Source: the human T2T-CHM13v2.0 reference genome, Homo sapiens
NCBI RefSeq assembly: GCF_009914755.1
Contig: NC_060934.1
DNA: 64,000 nucleotides
Direction: 5' to 3' (one strand)
Of this stretch, positions 47,681 to 60,115 are shown one piece after another. Numbering within the stretch: position 1 is the first letter of the stretch; every line of letters starts with the position of its first letter. The notes under the pieces are model-generated. The model saw only the letters and a list, made by a program, of their open reading frames with translations. It was not told where the DNA came from and did not search any database. The translations under genes and the position numbers were made by a program.

Positions 47681-48589
47681 GGGGACTGCCTCTCTCCATT
47701 GCTCAAAAGCCTCGTCACTTGGGGAGAAAGGGTAGGGGGAGAAACTACAGTTTAGATTCCTTGTGTTTACTTTCACCTCTGATGCATAAGCGGGAGTGAC
47801 ATATTATTATCCCCCAAACACAGTGCCACAATGACACCAGCGAAGCAGCGGGGAGAGGATGGGGTCTTTGGCTGGTGCCAGGAAAGGGCAGCACCAATGT
47901 TCCTGTAGAATTGTGGGGCATGTGCTGTCACTCTGGGACTCAGTTTCCCCATCTTTAAAATAACATTCTCCATCCTGGGTCTCCTGTCCTTACTTGGGGG
48001 CTGTTCTCCTCTCCACTTTTTCTCTCCCCCAGTATCCCCTCTACCACCTTATCTGCTGCTGGATTGGAAGTAAAGGAGGAGGCAAAGTGGGGAAGGGAAG
48101 AATCCCTTCTACCCTGTGTTTCTCGGTGCCTGGGGTGTAAGCCCGAAGCTGATGGTAAGAGGCTGTGACAGGACCTGGCCCAGGGTGATGACTGCTGACT
48201 GTGATGAGTCATCAAAGCACAGCCGCAGAGGCACTGGGGCCAGATGCTTTTTGGTGAGGCAGGCACAAGAGCAGGGGCTCTCAGGTGGCTGGGGACCATA
48301 AAGGTCTTCTAACTGAGGCCCCAATTAATGCTGAAATCTCTCCAACAACATGTCAGACAAGCCTCTGCTTGATCAGCTCTAGAAACAGGGAGCTCACTCC
48401 TCTTGAAGCAGCCTGTTCCATGTGGGATAGATCCGGTGGGTAAATAGGTCTTCCTCTTCACGTCTGTCAGGATCCCAGCAGAAAACAGACAGGCTTTGAG
48501 GAGTCCTTTAATACAGGGACTGTTTACACAGGGTTGTAGAAGAGTGTGTGGACACTCCAGGGGTAGGGAATGCCTGAGCTAGGACCATC

Positions 48590-48900
48590 AAAAATGCCAG
48601 GCTGACAAGCTTTTGGCCCTTGCGTAGACAGTGGGAAGCCACGAGGTGTTTTCAAGGGAGGGCATGCTACAATGAAGTCTGTTTTATAAAGATCACTATG
48701 ACTTTACTGTAAAAGAGAGGCTGCTGGGGAGCAGGAGACGGGGGCAGAGCAGAGGCTGCATGGGCAGGTCAGATGGAAGATGGCGTGGGAGGGACTGGGA
48801 CTGTGAAGGCGGATGAGGAGAGGAGGGATGTGAGAGCTTCAGAGGAGCCAAAGGACTTTGGTGAGAGATTACTTACGGGGGTTGGAGAGGGATTGGAGTG
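48590..48900 (-). mobile_element. L2 fragment
   Basis: aatgccaggctga...agacagtgggaagccacgaggtgttttcaag ... ttttataaagatcactatgact. Confidence 0.7.
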
Positions 48901-49094
48901 AGGCTGCAGTAAGAGGGAAGAAGGCTGGACCCAGATTGGAATACGATTTGACAGAAAGAAGTGGCCTTTCTGAAAGGGGAATGCCAAGGAGGACCCTCTC
49001 ATAGACCAAGCCTTCTGCATGGCTCACATCCTCAGACCCCTGGCTCCTGCCTCCAACACTGGACCCAGGAAGCTGTGCTTTAGGAGGATTAACC

Positions 49095-49311
49095 CAGTGG
49101 TATATTGGAGCTGCCTTACACCGGTTCACAAGGTCCAGTTATGCACATCTCTTCCCCACAACATGCTCAGGAACATCACTTTAGTAGCTTGAAATTATCC
49201 ACAGTGAGAATATTTACACCATGGGAACTGGCAAACACTACAAACCAGGGCATTTTCACTCCCCACCCCCACCACCATGCCAGTCGTTAAACAATTTTCA
49301 GTATACCACTG
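49095..49311 (+). mobile_element. MER63A-like hAT-Blackjack MITE, full length
   Basis: TIRs cagtggtatattg / cagtataccactg; internal tagcttgaaat, tatttacacca, ggcaaacactacaaaccaggg. Confidence 0.85.
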
Positions 49312-49734
49312 AAGTCAGAGAGCAGGAGCAGCTGTACCTAGTACCCCAGGCCACTAGGTCATTTTCCAGGCAAATATCTGCCCATGTGAGGCCAGACAAA
49401 GCTGCACTAGCTGCCTACCCCGAACAATGTCAAGGTAAACTGGTTTGTATGTTGGGAGCCATTGCAGCTATGGAGAAAGGTGGCGGTTTTCCCGCAAACT
49501 TTTCAGGCTTTGGGACACTCTATCTTCCCGGCCCTCAAGTGCATTCTCACATAGTCTTCGGATAGCTGGAAGAAGTTGGGTGTGGGCATTCTGGCCCTTT
49601 TACATCGGGAAAAATGAAAACTTCAGAGGTCAGGTGATTTGTGTGATATCACGCAGGGGCACTCAATCCTGTGTTTTAAAACGACCACCCTACTGAAGAA
49701 ATTGCAGATTTCCAGCACCCCAGGTTTCCCGCCT

Positions 49735-50110
49735 GCATATCCCTGATGTTTCCCTCCCCATAAAATAAGCCACTATTCTGACTTCTATCACCTTACGTTA
49801 GTTTAGTCTGATTTAGAACTCTCTATAATTGGGATCATAAACTGTGGTATGTTCTCTCCTATGTCTCTTTCTTTCCTTCAACACTGTCTGTGCGACTCAT
49901 GTGTGATGTGGGCAGCAGCAGCTCATTTTCACTGCTGCATAGTATTCCACAATTTATTCACTCTCATGTCTATTGACAGGACTTATTTCCAGTTTTTAGC
50001 TATTATGCATACTGTTGCTCTGAACATTCTAGTACATATATGTTGAAGACCATATGCATGCATTTCCGTTGGGTGTATATCCAGGAGTGGCATTTCTGGG
50101 TTTGGGATGG
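49735..50110 (-). mobile_element. L1ME fragment
   Basis: cactattctgacttctatcacc ... cattttcactgctgcatagtattccac ... ttccagtttttagctattatg ... ccaggagtgg. Confidence 0.8.
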
Positions 50111-50339
50111 TTTAATGCAATTTTGATGCAACAGAGAGTTGTCGAATCCCTTTGGTATGTGAGTTGCTGAATGACACTCCCTGGGCTGGATAAGATTTCT
50201 TCTCTGAAGGGCCTAGGGGGTGTGTGTGTGTGGAGGGGGAGTAGCAGACACATTCGGCAGAACTCTGGTTGAATATGGAGGTGCCACCAGAGAGGAGGAA
50301 CAGAGCCTTGGGGGCTCATGGTGTAGGGATGGCCTCTCT

Positions 50340-50650
50340 GTGTGGAGAACCAGCGAGCCTGGAGGATGTGGCCTTTGAAGGGCTTGGGAAAGACTTGAGT
50401 CCACAGAGGTGGAGGGAGGGGCTTCTAGGAAGGGGACTGCAGGGCAAGGGGTGGAGGTGGGGAAGCAGGTACTTGGAGAAGAGCAGGTGTTCCCTCTTGA
50501 CTAGAGGGCTGGATTCCGCAGGGCAGCAGCAGTTAGTGGTTGGGGCATGATCACTGATCACAGAGGTCTTGAACATAGGTCTGGGAGTTTAGGCTTTTGT
50601 CCTTAGGGCCCTGGGAAACCACTGAAGGCCTCCAAAAGGGGCAGTGTGTG
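50340..50650 (-). mobile_element. L2 fragment
   Basis: gcctggaggatgtggcctttgaagggcttgg ... ggagtttaggctttt...tgggaaaccactgaagg. Confidence 0.6.
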
Positions 50651-52879
50651 GGAGAAAAACTTGTGTGTCTATGTATGTATGTGGGGGTGCTGGATTCAGA
50701 GAGGGGTACCCACAAAGTCTAAACTCAGAAATGGGGAGAGAGGGGAGGGAAGGGGGAAATAAGACTGAGTGGAGGAAGGTGGCCCATATGAGGGAGAAGT
50801 CCTAGGTGGGGATGAGAGCTTCTCTGTTCAAACCTCCTTTTCCAGAGCAGGGGGACACATGAGCCTGAAGCACCTAGTGGCCCCCCAGGAGGCCACTTAC
50901 CAGAGGAGCCGGACAAAGCCCCTCCCACCCAGGACTGCAGCCTCCCTGAGACAGGAGGGACCGTGGGCAGCCTTCACTTCCCTCCAGTGTCCCATTCAAT
51001 GTCAGTCTGGGATTCCTTTGATGGTTGTTCCTTCCCTTAGGTAGCAAGGTCCCTGGACCCATTGCCAAGGTGGGGAAATTGAGGCAGAGCCATAAGAAGA
51101 CTCTGAGGAATGCATGAGGGAGGCCGGCTGTCATTTCTCTGCATCTTCCCACCAAGCTCAGGGCCTCCTCCACGTGGGGAAGGAGAAGCAAGTGGGAAAA
51201 AGAGAGCCGAGAGATGAAGCCCCTTCTCGAAGCCTTTGTGAAGGGCCTCGCCTGCCTCCTCACCTGCTGCTCTGCTCTGAGGCCTGAGGCCTCGCTGCAG
51301 GTGCTCCACTGCTTTGCTGAAGGTGCCAATTCTTCTGGGGTGCAGTGGGAGGTGGGTGGGTGGAGGGGGAGCTGGAGGAGTTGCATCAGAATCTGAAGGT
51401 TGGGCCCACGTCCCAGTCCCTCTTTCCCTGGCTGGGGGACCCTGGTGAGTCCTCTGCTCCCCGGCCTCAGGTCCCCATCTGTTCTGATCTCGGGAGACCT
51501 CGCCTCCCGCAGTCCCTGCCTGGCCGCCCTGATGGGTGGGCCTCAGGATGACTGCAGGGATGATGGATGGGAGGAAGCCATAAGGAGCCCAGAGTGCCAG
51601 ACAAGTGTGAGGGAAATCAGTCGTCACCCCTCTACTTAGCACACTTTTCAGCAGCCTGGCGATTTATTACTGGTATTATTGTTAATGACATTAATAACGA
51701 GGCCAACGACACCATTCGTGGCTTGTACCACACTTTTGTTTTCCTCCGAAACACACTTCTCCATGGTCCTCACCCCTCTTTGTGAGTGTGACATTTGACA
51801 TCCAAATGGGTAAACTGAGGCAGAGAGCTGCTGTGTCTGATTAACCGAGGTCAGCGAGTGAATCACTGGGGAGGGGAGGGCAGCTCTGTCAATTCCAAGT
51901 CCAGTATTTTTAGCTCCAGACCAGGCTGCCTGCTTTCACCCCTCTTGTGTGAGTCTAAGCTTTTCTTGTGTATCCCACCAGCACCTGGGCTTAACCTAAG
52001 GAGCACTGGGCGGGGCGGCTGACAAGTTTGAGTTGAAGCCACCTTCTCCAGCTGCTAGCTACATGACCATGGGTAAGCTGCACTCCCCAGCCTCAGTTTC
52101 CCCTCCTGCCACATTGGGGTGCCTAATCATCCCAGCATGGTGAGAGTTGAGGACGTTGGTGGAAGTAGCAGCTTGGGGTCCGGCACGTTGTCCAGGCTCC
52201 TGCTCTGCACCTAAGTGTCCCCCCTCAGGTCAGAACTTGGCAGGTGGGGTGGAGGTTATCTTTTTCTGCTTGGGCTGGCTGGAAAGTCCTCTGGCCTCCA
52301 TGCCAATTTTCCCAAAGCTGCCCTTTGTGTGTGTGAGTGTGTGTGTGTGTGTTTCTGCATGTGCACTATCTGGCCAAGGTCAGGGGTGAAGTCTTATTCT
52401 ACAAGAAAGGTCTCTAGGCAACAGGTGGTGGTATGACAGGCCAACATGTCACCACTGCCACCATCTCCCGCCCCTGCCACAAGCTGAATGATGAGAAAAT
52501 CAAAGGCTGACCTTCTCCTCCGCAGCCTCCCTGGTCCCCAGCTCCTGTGGCTTTCAGGAAGGAGAAGCCTCCACACTTGTCACCTGTGGTAACCCAACCC
52601 TGGTTGCCCACCCCAGCAGGTGAGTGCCACAGAGTTCAGTCCCTGCCTTCCATTCCTCTGCGTCTATTTCTTCTTGCCCCTTCCCTACCCTGAGCACCAC
52701 TGGCTGGGGCACCCTTCCCTGCTGGCAGCCCTCCAGGACTACCTTCCCAGACTCAGGTGGAGGCCTTGCCTGGAGGGGCCCCTGCCAGACTCTCCATTCC
52801 TCGGGGCTCACCCTCCCAGTGGCACAGGCTCCAGCTACTCTGCCATTGGAGGCTCCCAATGGCCTCATCCTTCCTCCTG

Positions 52880-53250
52880 CCACTGTGCACTTCCCATGCT
52901 ATTCCCATTTCCCGACACTTCATTCCTCCACTCTATCTTTTATCTCTCATTGTAAATGTCATTTTTTTCTTGGACACTTTTCCCGATCCCTCTCTACAGG
53001 CCAGATTATTTCCCACTGCCCCTCTCACATTCCGATAGCTCTCGTGCTTCCTCAGAGCCCTGTGGAAATCTGTTTGCATGTATGTATCTATTTAGTAATG
53101 GTTTCTTTAACGTCTGCCTCCCTCAGAGGGTAAGCTCCATGCCAGCTCACTGTCTCTGTGCAGGTGGAAGGAGTGCCCGGTGTTTAGCACAGTGCCCTAC
53201 CACAGGAGGTACTCATTTGGTCCACCAATGAGTGGGTCCATGAATGAATG
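52880..53250 (+). mobile_element. L2 3' fragment
   Basis: aaatgtca ... gtaagctccatg ... tagcacagtgcc..cacaggaggtactca...aatgagtg..tgaatgaatg. Confidence 0.7.
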
Positions 53251-54009
53251 TGGTCGGTATCACTGCTTCTGCTCTTCAGCTTGGAAACTGAGGAATAATG
53301 AGGTGGTATCACCTGGCCAAAATCCCACTTATCAGAACCAGAAAATCACACCTGGTGATACCTGGTTCTGCCCCCCCATGTGGGGACAGGATCCTTATTC
53401 GTGGGAGCCAATTATGTGCTCCCAATGATGGTGTTATACTCCCTTAAAGGGCAGCAAGGGAAGCCAGTAGAGGTCCTTATGTTGTTCCAGACAACAGTGT
53501 GTGACGTACAAATGTCCCTAACACTTCTCCTGCCCCTGTGCTAAATTACTGGGACCAGGAAGACACTAGAGCAGACATCTGGCAGCCCTGGCTAACCAAG
53601 AGGCCCATCTCTAAGCTCGGCAGAGCAGAGGTTGTGAGGACTCCACCCAGACTCACTTTTCCCTCTATGCCCATTCCTAATCCTTATGTATCTTCCAGTG
53701 GTAGTACAAGCCCCTCTTCCTCGCAGGAAACCCTCAGCACTTTCTCTGTCCTCTGAGTGCTGTAACCTGAGCAGTCTGGGGCTCTCCTGGAGCTCTATGA
53801 GCAGAAGGAGATGTAGGGACCCGCTTGCCCGGCCCTCATTTGATACATGAATTTACGGAGGATCAGAGAGGCCAGGTGACCTGGCAAAGTCACACAACTG
53901 ATTACCTGACTGATTGGGGACAATGATGCAATTTTTAACATTTTGAGTATTTCAAAATTTAAATTTTTTTTTTACCACTTTGAGGACAAGGGAAAATGAA
54001 CAACCTCAG

Positions 54010-54360
54010 GAAATGTGGTAATAGACATCAAAATAATGCATAATTTTTAAAAAGAATGCATCCTTTTGACCCTCAGGATGCAATTTGAAATGGGTGCAAA
54101 GATGTATGCACAAGGATGCTCATCACAGCCTTGTTTATGAGGGCAAAAAACTGGAAATAGCTTAAAGGTCCAACACAGAGATTGGTTAAATAAATTATGG
54201 GGCATCCATGTGATGGAATACCATGCAGCCATTAAAAATGATGGCCCAGTAAAAGAATATTTAACGACATGGGGGAAATGTTCACAAGATGTTGTTAAGG
54301 AAGAAAAAAAAAGCAGGCTGCAAAACAGCATGTTCTATATGCCTCTGACTTTGCTAAAAC
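54010..54360 (+). mobile_element. L1ME4-like fragment
   Basis: aaagatgtatgcacaaggatgctcatcacagccttgttta ... gattggttaaataaattatgg ... atggaataccatgcagccattaaaaatg. Confidence 0.8.
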
Positions 54361-54449
54361 AATTATTAAAAAGCAAAGCCCAGGGCCCCTGAAGTTATTT
54401 ATGATATTGTTATGATATTAAAGACATCAGCCTCATTAATTCCTCTTTC

Positions 54450-54715
54450 AGTATGGCTCAGCAGAAAGCATGGGAATTTAATGTCTGAAGGCCTGATTCT
54501 GAGTCTGGGCTGTGCTCTTTATTAACGGGGTGACCTTGGAGCTCCAGACCTCACTTTCCCTCATCTGTGAAATGGGGATGAGGCCTCCATTGGAATGGTG
54601 TTGAAAGATACCAAATGTTGCACAAATGATGTTCAAGGATTGTGTGTGCATGCACGAAAGATCTTGGCAAACTGTACAGAGCTGTACAGATACTGAGAGT
54701 AATAGGTATTTTTAT
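54450..54715 (+). mobile_element. MIR
   Basis: cagaaagcatggga ... ggtgaccttgga ... tttccctcatctgtgaaatgggga ... ttggcaaactgtacagagctgtacagat. Confidence 0.75.
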
Positions 54716-55694
54716 TCCCTAATTAAACTTAGGACTCTGTGAGGGCCCCATGAGATGTGACATTCTTCCCTGTCACTCTGCAGCCAGTGCAGCGTCTCAC
54801 ACACTGCAGCGCACAGGAATATGGGTGGGCCTGCCCCCCCACCCCCAGCCTCAGGCCTGCCCTTCTATCCCTTTGGGTCATCTCTGCCTGCCCGGGGCTG
54901 GGCTTAGCATTGCCTACACACAGAGGGAGAATGCAGCTGTGGGTGATGCTGTGGCTGGGGCTGTCTAGGGTGTTCCCAGCATCCCTGCCTCCCCAGCCCC
55001 TGCAGGACCAGAGGAGTGGCCCGATGCGGAGAGTGCACCAGGCGTGGCTCCAGGGCCAAGGCCCAGCCAGAAGGCAACAGGCCCTCAGCACCTATTATGG
55101 ACTTTATCTGACTCCTTAGGGAGTCTCAGGGCTGCAGGGGGGCTGCCTGCCTGCCACCTGTGGAGGACTCGGGTCAGGCTGAGGCTGGGCCTGCCCTGTC
55201 CTCTCCTCCCACCTCCTTGCAGTGGAGGATGGGCCAGTCACACCTCCTCTCTGCGTCTTTGCTTCCTCCATTACCCCACAGGCCCCTCCTGGCAGGGCTG
55301 GGGAAATTTTTACCCACTCTCTGAGGGAGGGAAGTGAGCCCCAGTGATGGGAGGTGGCCTGCTCTGAATCCTGTGGTCACTGAGTTAGGCTGAGCCCCCA
55401 GGCCTAGTTCTGCCCCCTGGCCCTCTGGTCATCCCCACCAGCCCCTCAGCGGAGGGAGGGACGTCAAGCCAATAGAGTCAGGTACTTGGGGGGCACTCAG
55501 GGAGCAGTCCTGTGCACTCATATTTTCTATTCATCGTTCTCTCTCCACATGCTTTGTATGCTTTTGCTCTGTGCGGCTCCAGGCTAGATAGAGGCTGGAA
55601 TTGTTTTGGGGGAAAGCTGCAGAGGCAGAGACTGATACAATCTTTCAGGTGTATGGGAAGAAAATAATAAAAGTGGCTCAGTGTGGTGAGAAGA

Positions 55695-56088
55695 TGCTGC
55701 AGAAGGTGCTGTTGGGCCTCACCCAGGGCTCCCTTTGCCTGAAGATGGGCCCGTTCCCCAGCTGCTGCTGGGTGACCAGCGCTTACAACTCCAGCGACTT
55801 CCCTGGGGGCCAGAGCTGCTGCCCACAAACAGCCGAAGGTGACAGTCTCTCCTGCTGTCAGCCTACTTGGCCCCTTCCGTAAACAGAACAACTTCACTGT
55901 GCCATGATTTACTCTCTAAAGGCTCTCAGTGTGTCGGGTCAAGGCCAGGCCTTCCCTAAGACCTTCCCTTCCCTTCCTATCCTGCTCCCCCACCTCCCTC
56001 CCATGAGGGCTTTACTGAAGAAGCTGCTCCTTCAGAAAATCTTGTGCCTCGAATCCCTGCCTCAGGCTCTGCCTTGAGGGAACATGTC
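55695..56088 (+). mobile_element. LTR16-like ERVL solo LTR
   Basis: tgctgcaga..tgctgttgg ... ccttcccttcctatcctgctcc ... gaatccctgcctcaggctctgccttgagggaac. Confidence 0.55.
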
Positions 56089-57629
56089 ATGTCGCCTCAA
56101 ATCCTGACATGCCTTAGCTAAATATAACAGGCATAAACACTACACATTGGAGGCTCTGCCCTAAATAGAAAAGCTTCCAAGCACATTATTTTTAGCGAGA
56201 GAAAATAACTTGAACCTATCAGAAAACATGCTAAAGACTGGACTGAAAGTGAAACCTAGAAATTTTCTGGTTTTACAAGCCTGGCTGGAGCTAACATACA
56301 TTCACGGCAGATGCACACGTGACAAAGATTAGGTCTGTGCTGCACTCAGAGAGAACACGAATCAAACTTTGGCATGGCATGTTCCAGGCAGTGTCTACTG
56401 GACTCCAGCCTATGGTACAGGCAGTATTGGTCAAGCCTGTGCCCAGCCTCTGACAGCCCCTTGCTGGGGCCAGCACCCCAGAGTCCTTCCCAGGTCTTGC
56501 TCCTAGAACCCACAGGGAATTCCCCCGGTCACAGGGAATGGCTGTTGGCTCAGGCAGCACCAAGTGCAATGTTTTTGCCCCAATCCCTTCTCATCACCTT
56601 TCAAACCTCAGCCTCCTCCAGGAAGCCCACAGACATGTTCTATCCTCTTAGCTTCTCCCTCCCTGACTGTCAGCAGGCTTCAGCTGGCTCCATTATGAGC
56701 AGCTGGGAACAGAGTTTGGGACACTTTTTGGCCCCATCCGTGTGCACAGGATGGGCACACAGTAGAAAGGAAATGCTGGAGAAATACACACCTTCAGAGC
56801 GGGATGACTTGGGCCATCAGACATGCCCTGAATTCTTAGTCTTCCTTCAGGTCACAGGGCAGACATCCTCCCAAGTCATGCATCCTACTCTGACCACATG
56901 TCCAGTGTCTGTTGGTCTGCAGGCTGGAGCTCTGTTAGTCCTGCTCTCTGCCCTATCCTAGTGCCCAGGACAGAGCCTGGTACACAGAAGTCACTCAATC
57001 AATGCTTGTGAAATGGGAGAACATCTTGAGAAGTGGCCCACACCCAGACAAGGGAGGATACTGCACACAGACAGGCCTCTTGTCTTCCTCACAAGTGCTG
57101 GGCCAATGACATGTGGTGAGAAGAGGCTGTAAAGTGAGCCTGCCAGGGCCTCAGGGTGGCAAGGGACAGAGGCTTGCTTAGGCTGCCACAAGGGACAAAG
57201 TTTATCTAAGGATATCAAGGTAAACCGTGTTCAGGATCCCACCTGAACAAGCCAAATAACAGCAGCTATCATTTACTGGGATCACGGACTGTGTACCAGG
57301 CACTGGCTAAGCATTTTCTACACACTAGTTTACCATTGCAAAGAATACAAAGGAGCAGGTTTTAATGCTCGACATCTAACCCCCTTCCTGGTGGCCCTCT
57401 AGGACACCAACCCATCCTTATTATGTCAAGTCCTTGGGAGAAGGGCAATTCCAGGTATTCATTGTCAGACACTAAGCGGGGGCAGATCTTTCCTCTTCCC
57501 ACCCTAGGGACAGTCAGGAGGTGAGCCGGTATCAGACACCCTCCCAGGACTTTGGATACCCAGGAGGTGAAGCTGGGATGGACGGAAGTGGGTAGAGTTG
57601 ATATCACAGCATTGGTAGGAGCCTTTGTG

Positions 57630-57900
57630 TGCTGGGGTTCCAGCAGGAAACATGTGGCACACTCCTAGGGGCTATTGGAGGAGAATTCGATGAGGACAGT
57701 GAATTAGTGTATGAGCAGGGCTAAGGAAAACCATCAAGGGTGATACAGTACCCTGAGGCTAACAGTGGGAGCTCTCACCACCCCAATATGAGGGGCAAAG
57801 GGAAGGCATGGCCACACCTCTGTAGAGAAAAGCTGTAGGAGCGGCCGCACAGTGGAAGCTATGGCCTTGGTAGAGGGGCCCATCCAAGGAGCTCTTGCCC
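57630..57900 (-). mobile_element. LTR33-like ERVL LTR fragment
   Basis: gggttccagcaggaaacatgtggcacactc ... gcagggctaaggaaaaccatcaaggg..atacagtaccctgaggctaac; a shorter related piece lies at about 48465-48580. Confidence 0.6.
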
Positions 57901-58140
57901 TTCCTTCTGTGTCCCGCCACCCTCCATCCTCCTAGGACACTTCCTAGGTAGTGGGTGGTGGCAGTGAATGCACATTGTCTGGCACAAGGTCATTGCTAGT
58001 TTGCTGGTTTCTGTTTCTTACATTTTCTTGGAAATCTGTTGATCATCCAAATTTCCATGTAGGCTTTTAAGAGATCTTGTTTTGCTTAAGTTAGCTAGAG
58101 GTGCTTTCTGTTGCTTACAACCACAAACTCTACAAGGCAT

Positions 58141-58547
58141 TATATTAGTCCGTTCTTGCATTGCTATAAGGAAATACCTGAGACTGGGTAATTTATAAAG
58201 AAAAGAGGTAATTGGCACATGGTTCTGCAGGCTGTCCAGGAAGCGTAGCAGCTTCTGCTTCTGGGGAGGCCTCAGGAAGCTTTCCAATCATGGTGGGAGG
58301 CAAAAGGGGAGTAAGGTGTCTCACATGGTGAGAGCAGGAGCAAGACAGAGCAAGGGAGGAGGTGCTACACACTTTTAAACAACCAGATCTTATGAGAACT
58401 CACAACAACACCAAGAAGGATGGTGCTAAACCATTCATGAGAAACTGCCTCCATGATCCCATCACCTCCCACCAGGCCCTACCTCCAGCACTGGGGATTA
58501 CATTTCGACATGAGATTTGAGTGGGGACACAGATCCAAACCATACCA
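58141..58547 (-). mobile_element. MSTA MaLR solo LTR, full length
   Basis: tattagtccgttcttgcattgctataaggaaatacctgagactgggtaatttataaagaaaagagg ... gacacagatccaaaccatacca; perfect TSD GGCAT (58136-40 / 58548-52). Confidence 0.95.
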
Positions 58548-58759
58548 GGCATCATGGTAGTATTATTCCCTTTAACAAGGAAACTGAGGCTCCCAGAAGT
58601 TTTGGTGTTGTCAGATCATATAGGCTGGCAGTGGCCTGCATGAGTCAGGTTGTGAAGGCTGCTCTGGCTGTGCTTAAAGCTCTTAGCGTAGAGCAGCTGG
58701 GCACATGGGGGTCTAGAAGGCTGTTGGTCCCAGGCAGTGGAGGGCCTGGGTCACCTTTT

Positions 58760-59448
58760 TGTCAGAGGCGTTTAAACCAGAGCAACTCCATCTTGAATAG
58801 GGCCTGGGTAAAATAAGGCTAAAACCTGCTGGGCTTCATTCCCAGCGAGTTAGCATTCTAAGTCACAGGATGAGAAAGGGGTCAACATAAGATACAGTCA
58901 TAAAGATCTTGCTGATAAAACAGGCTGGAGTAAAGAACATTTACTCCAGTAAGTTAGCATTCTAAGTCACAGGATGAGAAAGGGGGTCAACATAAGATAC
59001 AGGTCATAAAGATCTTGCTGATAAAACAAGTTGGAGTAAAGAAGCCGGCTAAATCCTACCAAAACCAAGATGGCAACAAGAGTGACCTCTGGTTGTCCTC
59101 ACTGCTACACTCCCACCAGCACCATGACATTTTCCAAATGCCACGGCAATGTCAGGAAGTTACCCTACATGGTCTAAGAAAGGGAGAAACCCTCAGTTCG
59201 AGGAATTGCCCACTCCTTTCCCTGAAAACTCATGAATAATCCACCCTTTGTTTAGCATATAATCAAGAAGTAACCATAAAAATGAGTGACCAGTAGCCCT
59301 GAGGGCTTACGGAGTAGCCATTCTTTTATTCATTTACTTTCCTAATAAATTTGCTTTTAGTTTACTGTATGGACCCGCCCAGAATTCTTTCTTGTGCGAG
59401 ATCCAAGAACCCTCTCTTGGGGTCTGATCAGGCCCCTTTCTGGTAACA
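58760..59448 (+). mobile_element. MER41 (ERV1) solo LTR with internal duplication
   Basis: TGTCAGAGGCGTTTAAACCAGAGCAACTCCATCTTGAATAGG ... gagatccaagaaccctctcttggggtctg...ggtaACA; AATAAA near 59344. Confidence 0.93.
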
Positions 59449-59979
59449 CCTTCAAGAGTTTAAGGATTACAGCTCAGCCACTTCCACCTTGTGTCTGCTT
59501 CTCTCTGCGTGTGGCTGACCACTTTCCTTCCTGTCGCTGACTGTCCAACCACCTGTGGCCCTGGAGCAGCTGGCAGGCAGAGTCATGCCAGACCAAATAG
59601 GGCCTCGCTCATGGAACAGGCCAGAGCAGGGCTGGGTGGGGAAGGTGACTTGGCAGTTGAGTTTGAATAAACAGGTCACTGTGGTGTTGGGTGGGACTAA
59701 AGCTGCTGCAAATTAGCCTGAAGGTGGAGGCAGAGCTAACAGGGAGGAAGGAGGCTGCAGGTGGGCCCAAACCAGTCCCGCCTTGAGGGAAGGCCTGAGG
59801 CTGAGGGTGAGGAGCCCACACACACCTGCCTTTCTCCCCTCCAGCTCAGACAGGATGCCTCAGCCTGAAAGCTGTGATTTCCTCCCGGGAAAGCCTCCCC
59901 AACCTCATACACAGCCCCTAACCTCCCCATCTGGCCCGGACACCCCCATCAATCACTCGGCAAAAATCCCTGGCTTTCT

Positions 59980-60115
59980 TGCATAAGTATTAGGTGCTTT
60001 GTCAGAAATTACCTAAGTTATAATCCAATTACACAATAATTACATTGGGATGGCTTCGTAACTACGGCATTAATTAACTTTGATGGCTCTCATAAATTAC
60101 TCAGGGGATTGATAC
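59980..60115. promoter_or_regulatory. candidate conserved homeodomain/TCF enhancer
   Basis: TAATCCAATTA (P3 dimer site, 60021-31), ACAAT, TAATTA, TTAATTAA, CTTTGAT (60078-84), CATAAATTA (60091-99). Confidence 0.55.

Noticed and set aside
51037-51642. 201-aa minus-strand ORF and overlapping ORFs
   Set aside because: Typical GC-rich chance ORFs in several frames with no homology I can recognise
55455-55480. GACGTCA plus CCAAT promoter-like pair
   Set aside because: No CpG island, TATA box or first-exon evidence; too weak alone
56374-56961. 195-aa ORF
   Set aside because: Overlaps L2-like sequence; no domain, promoter or splice support
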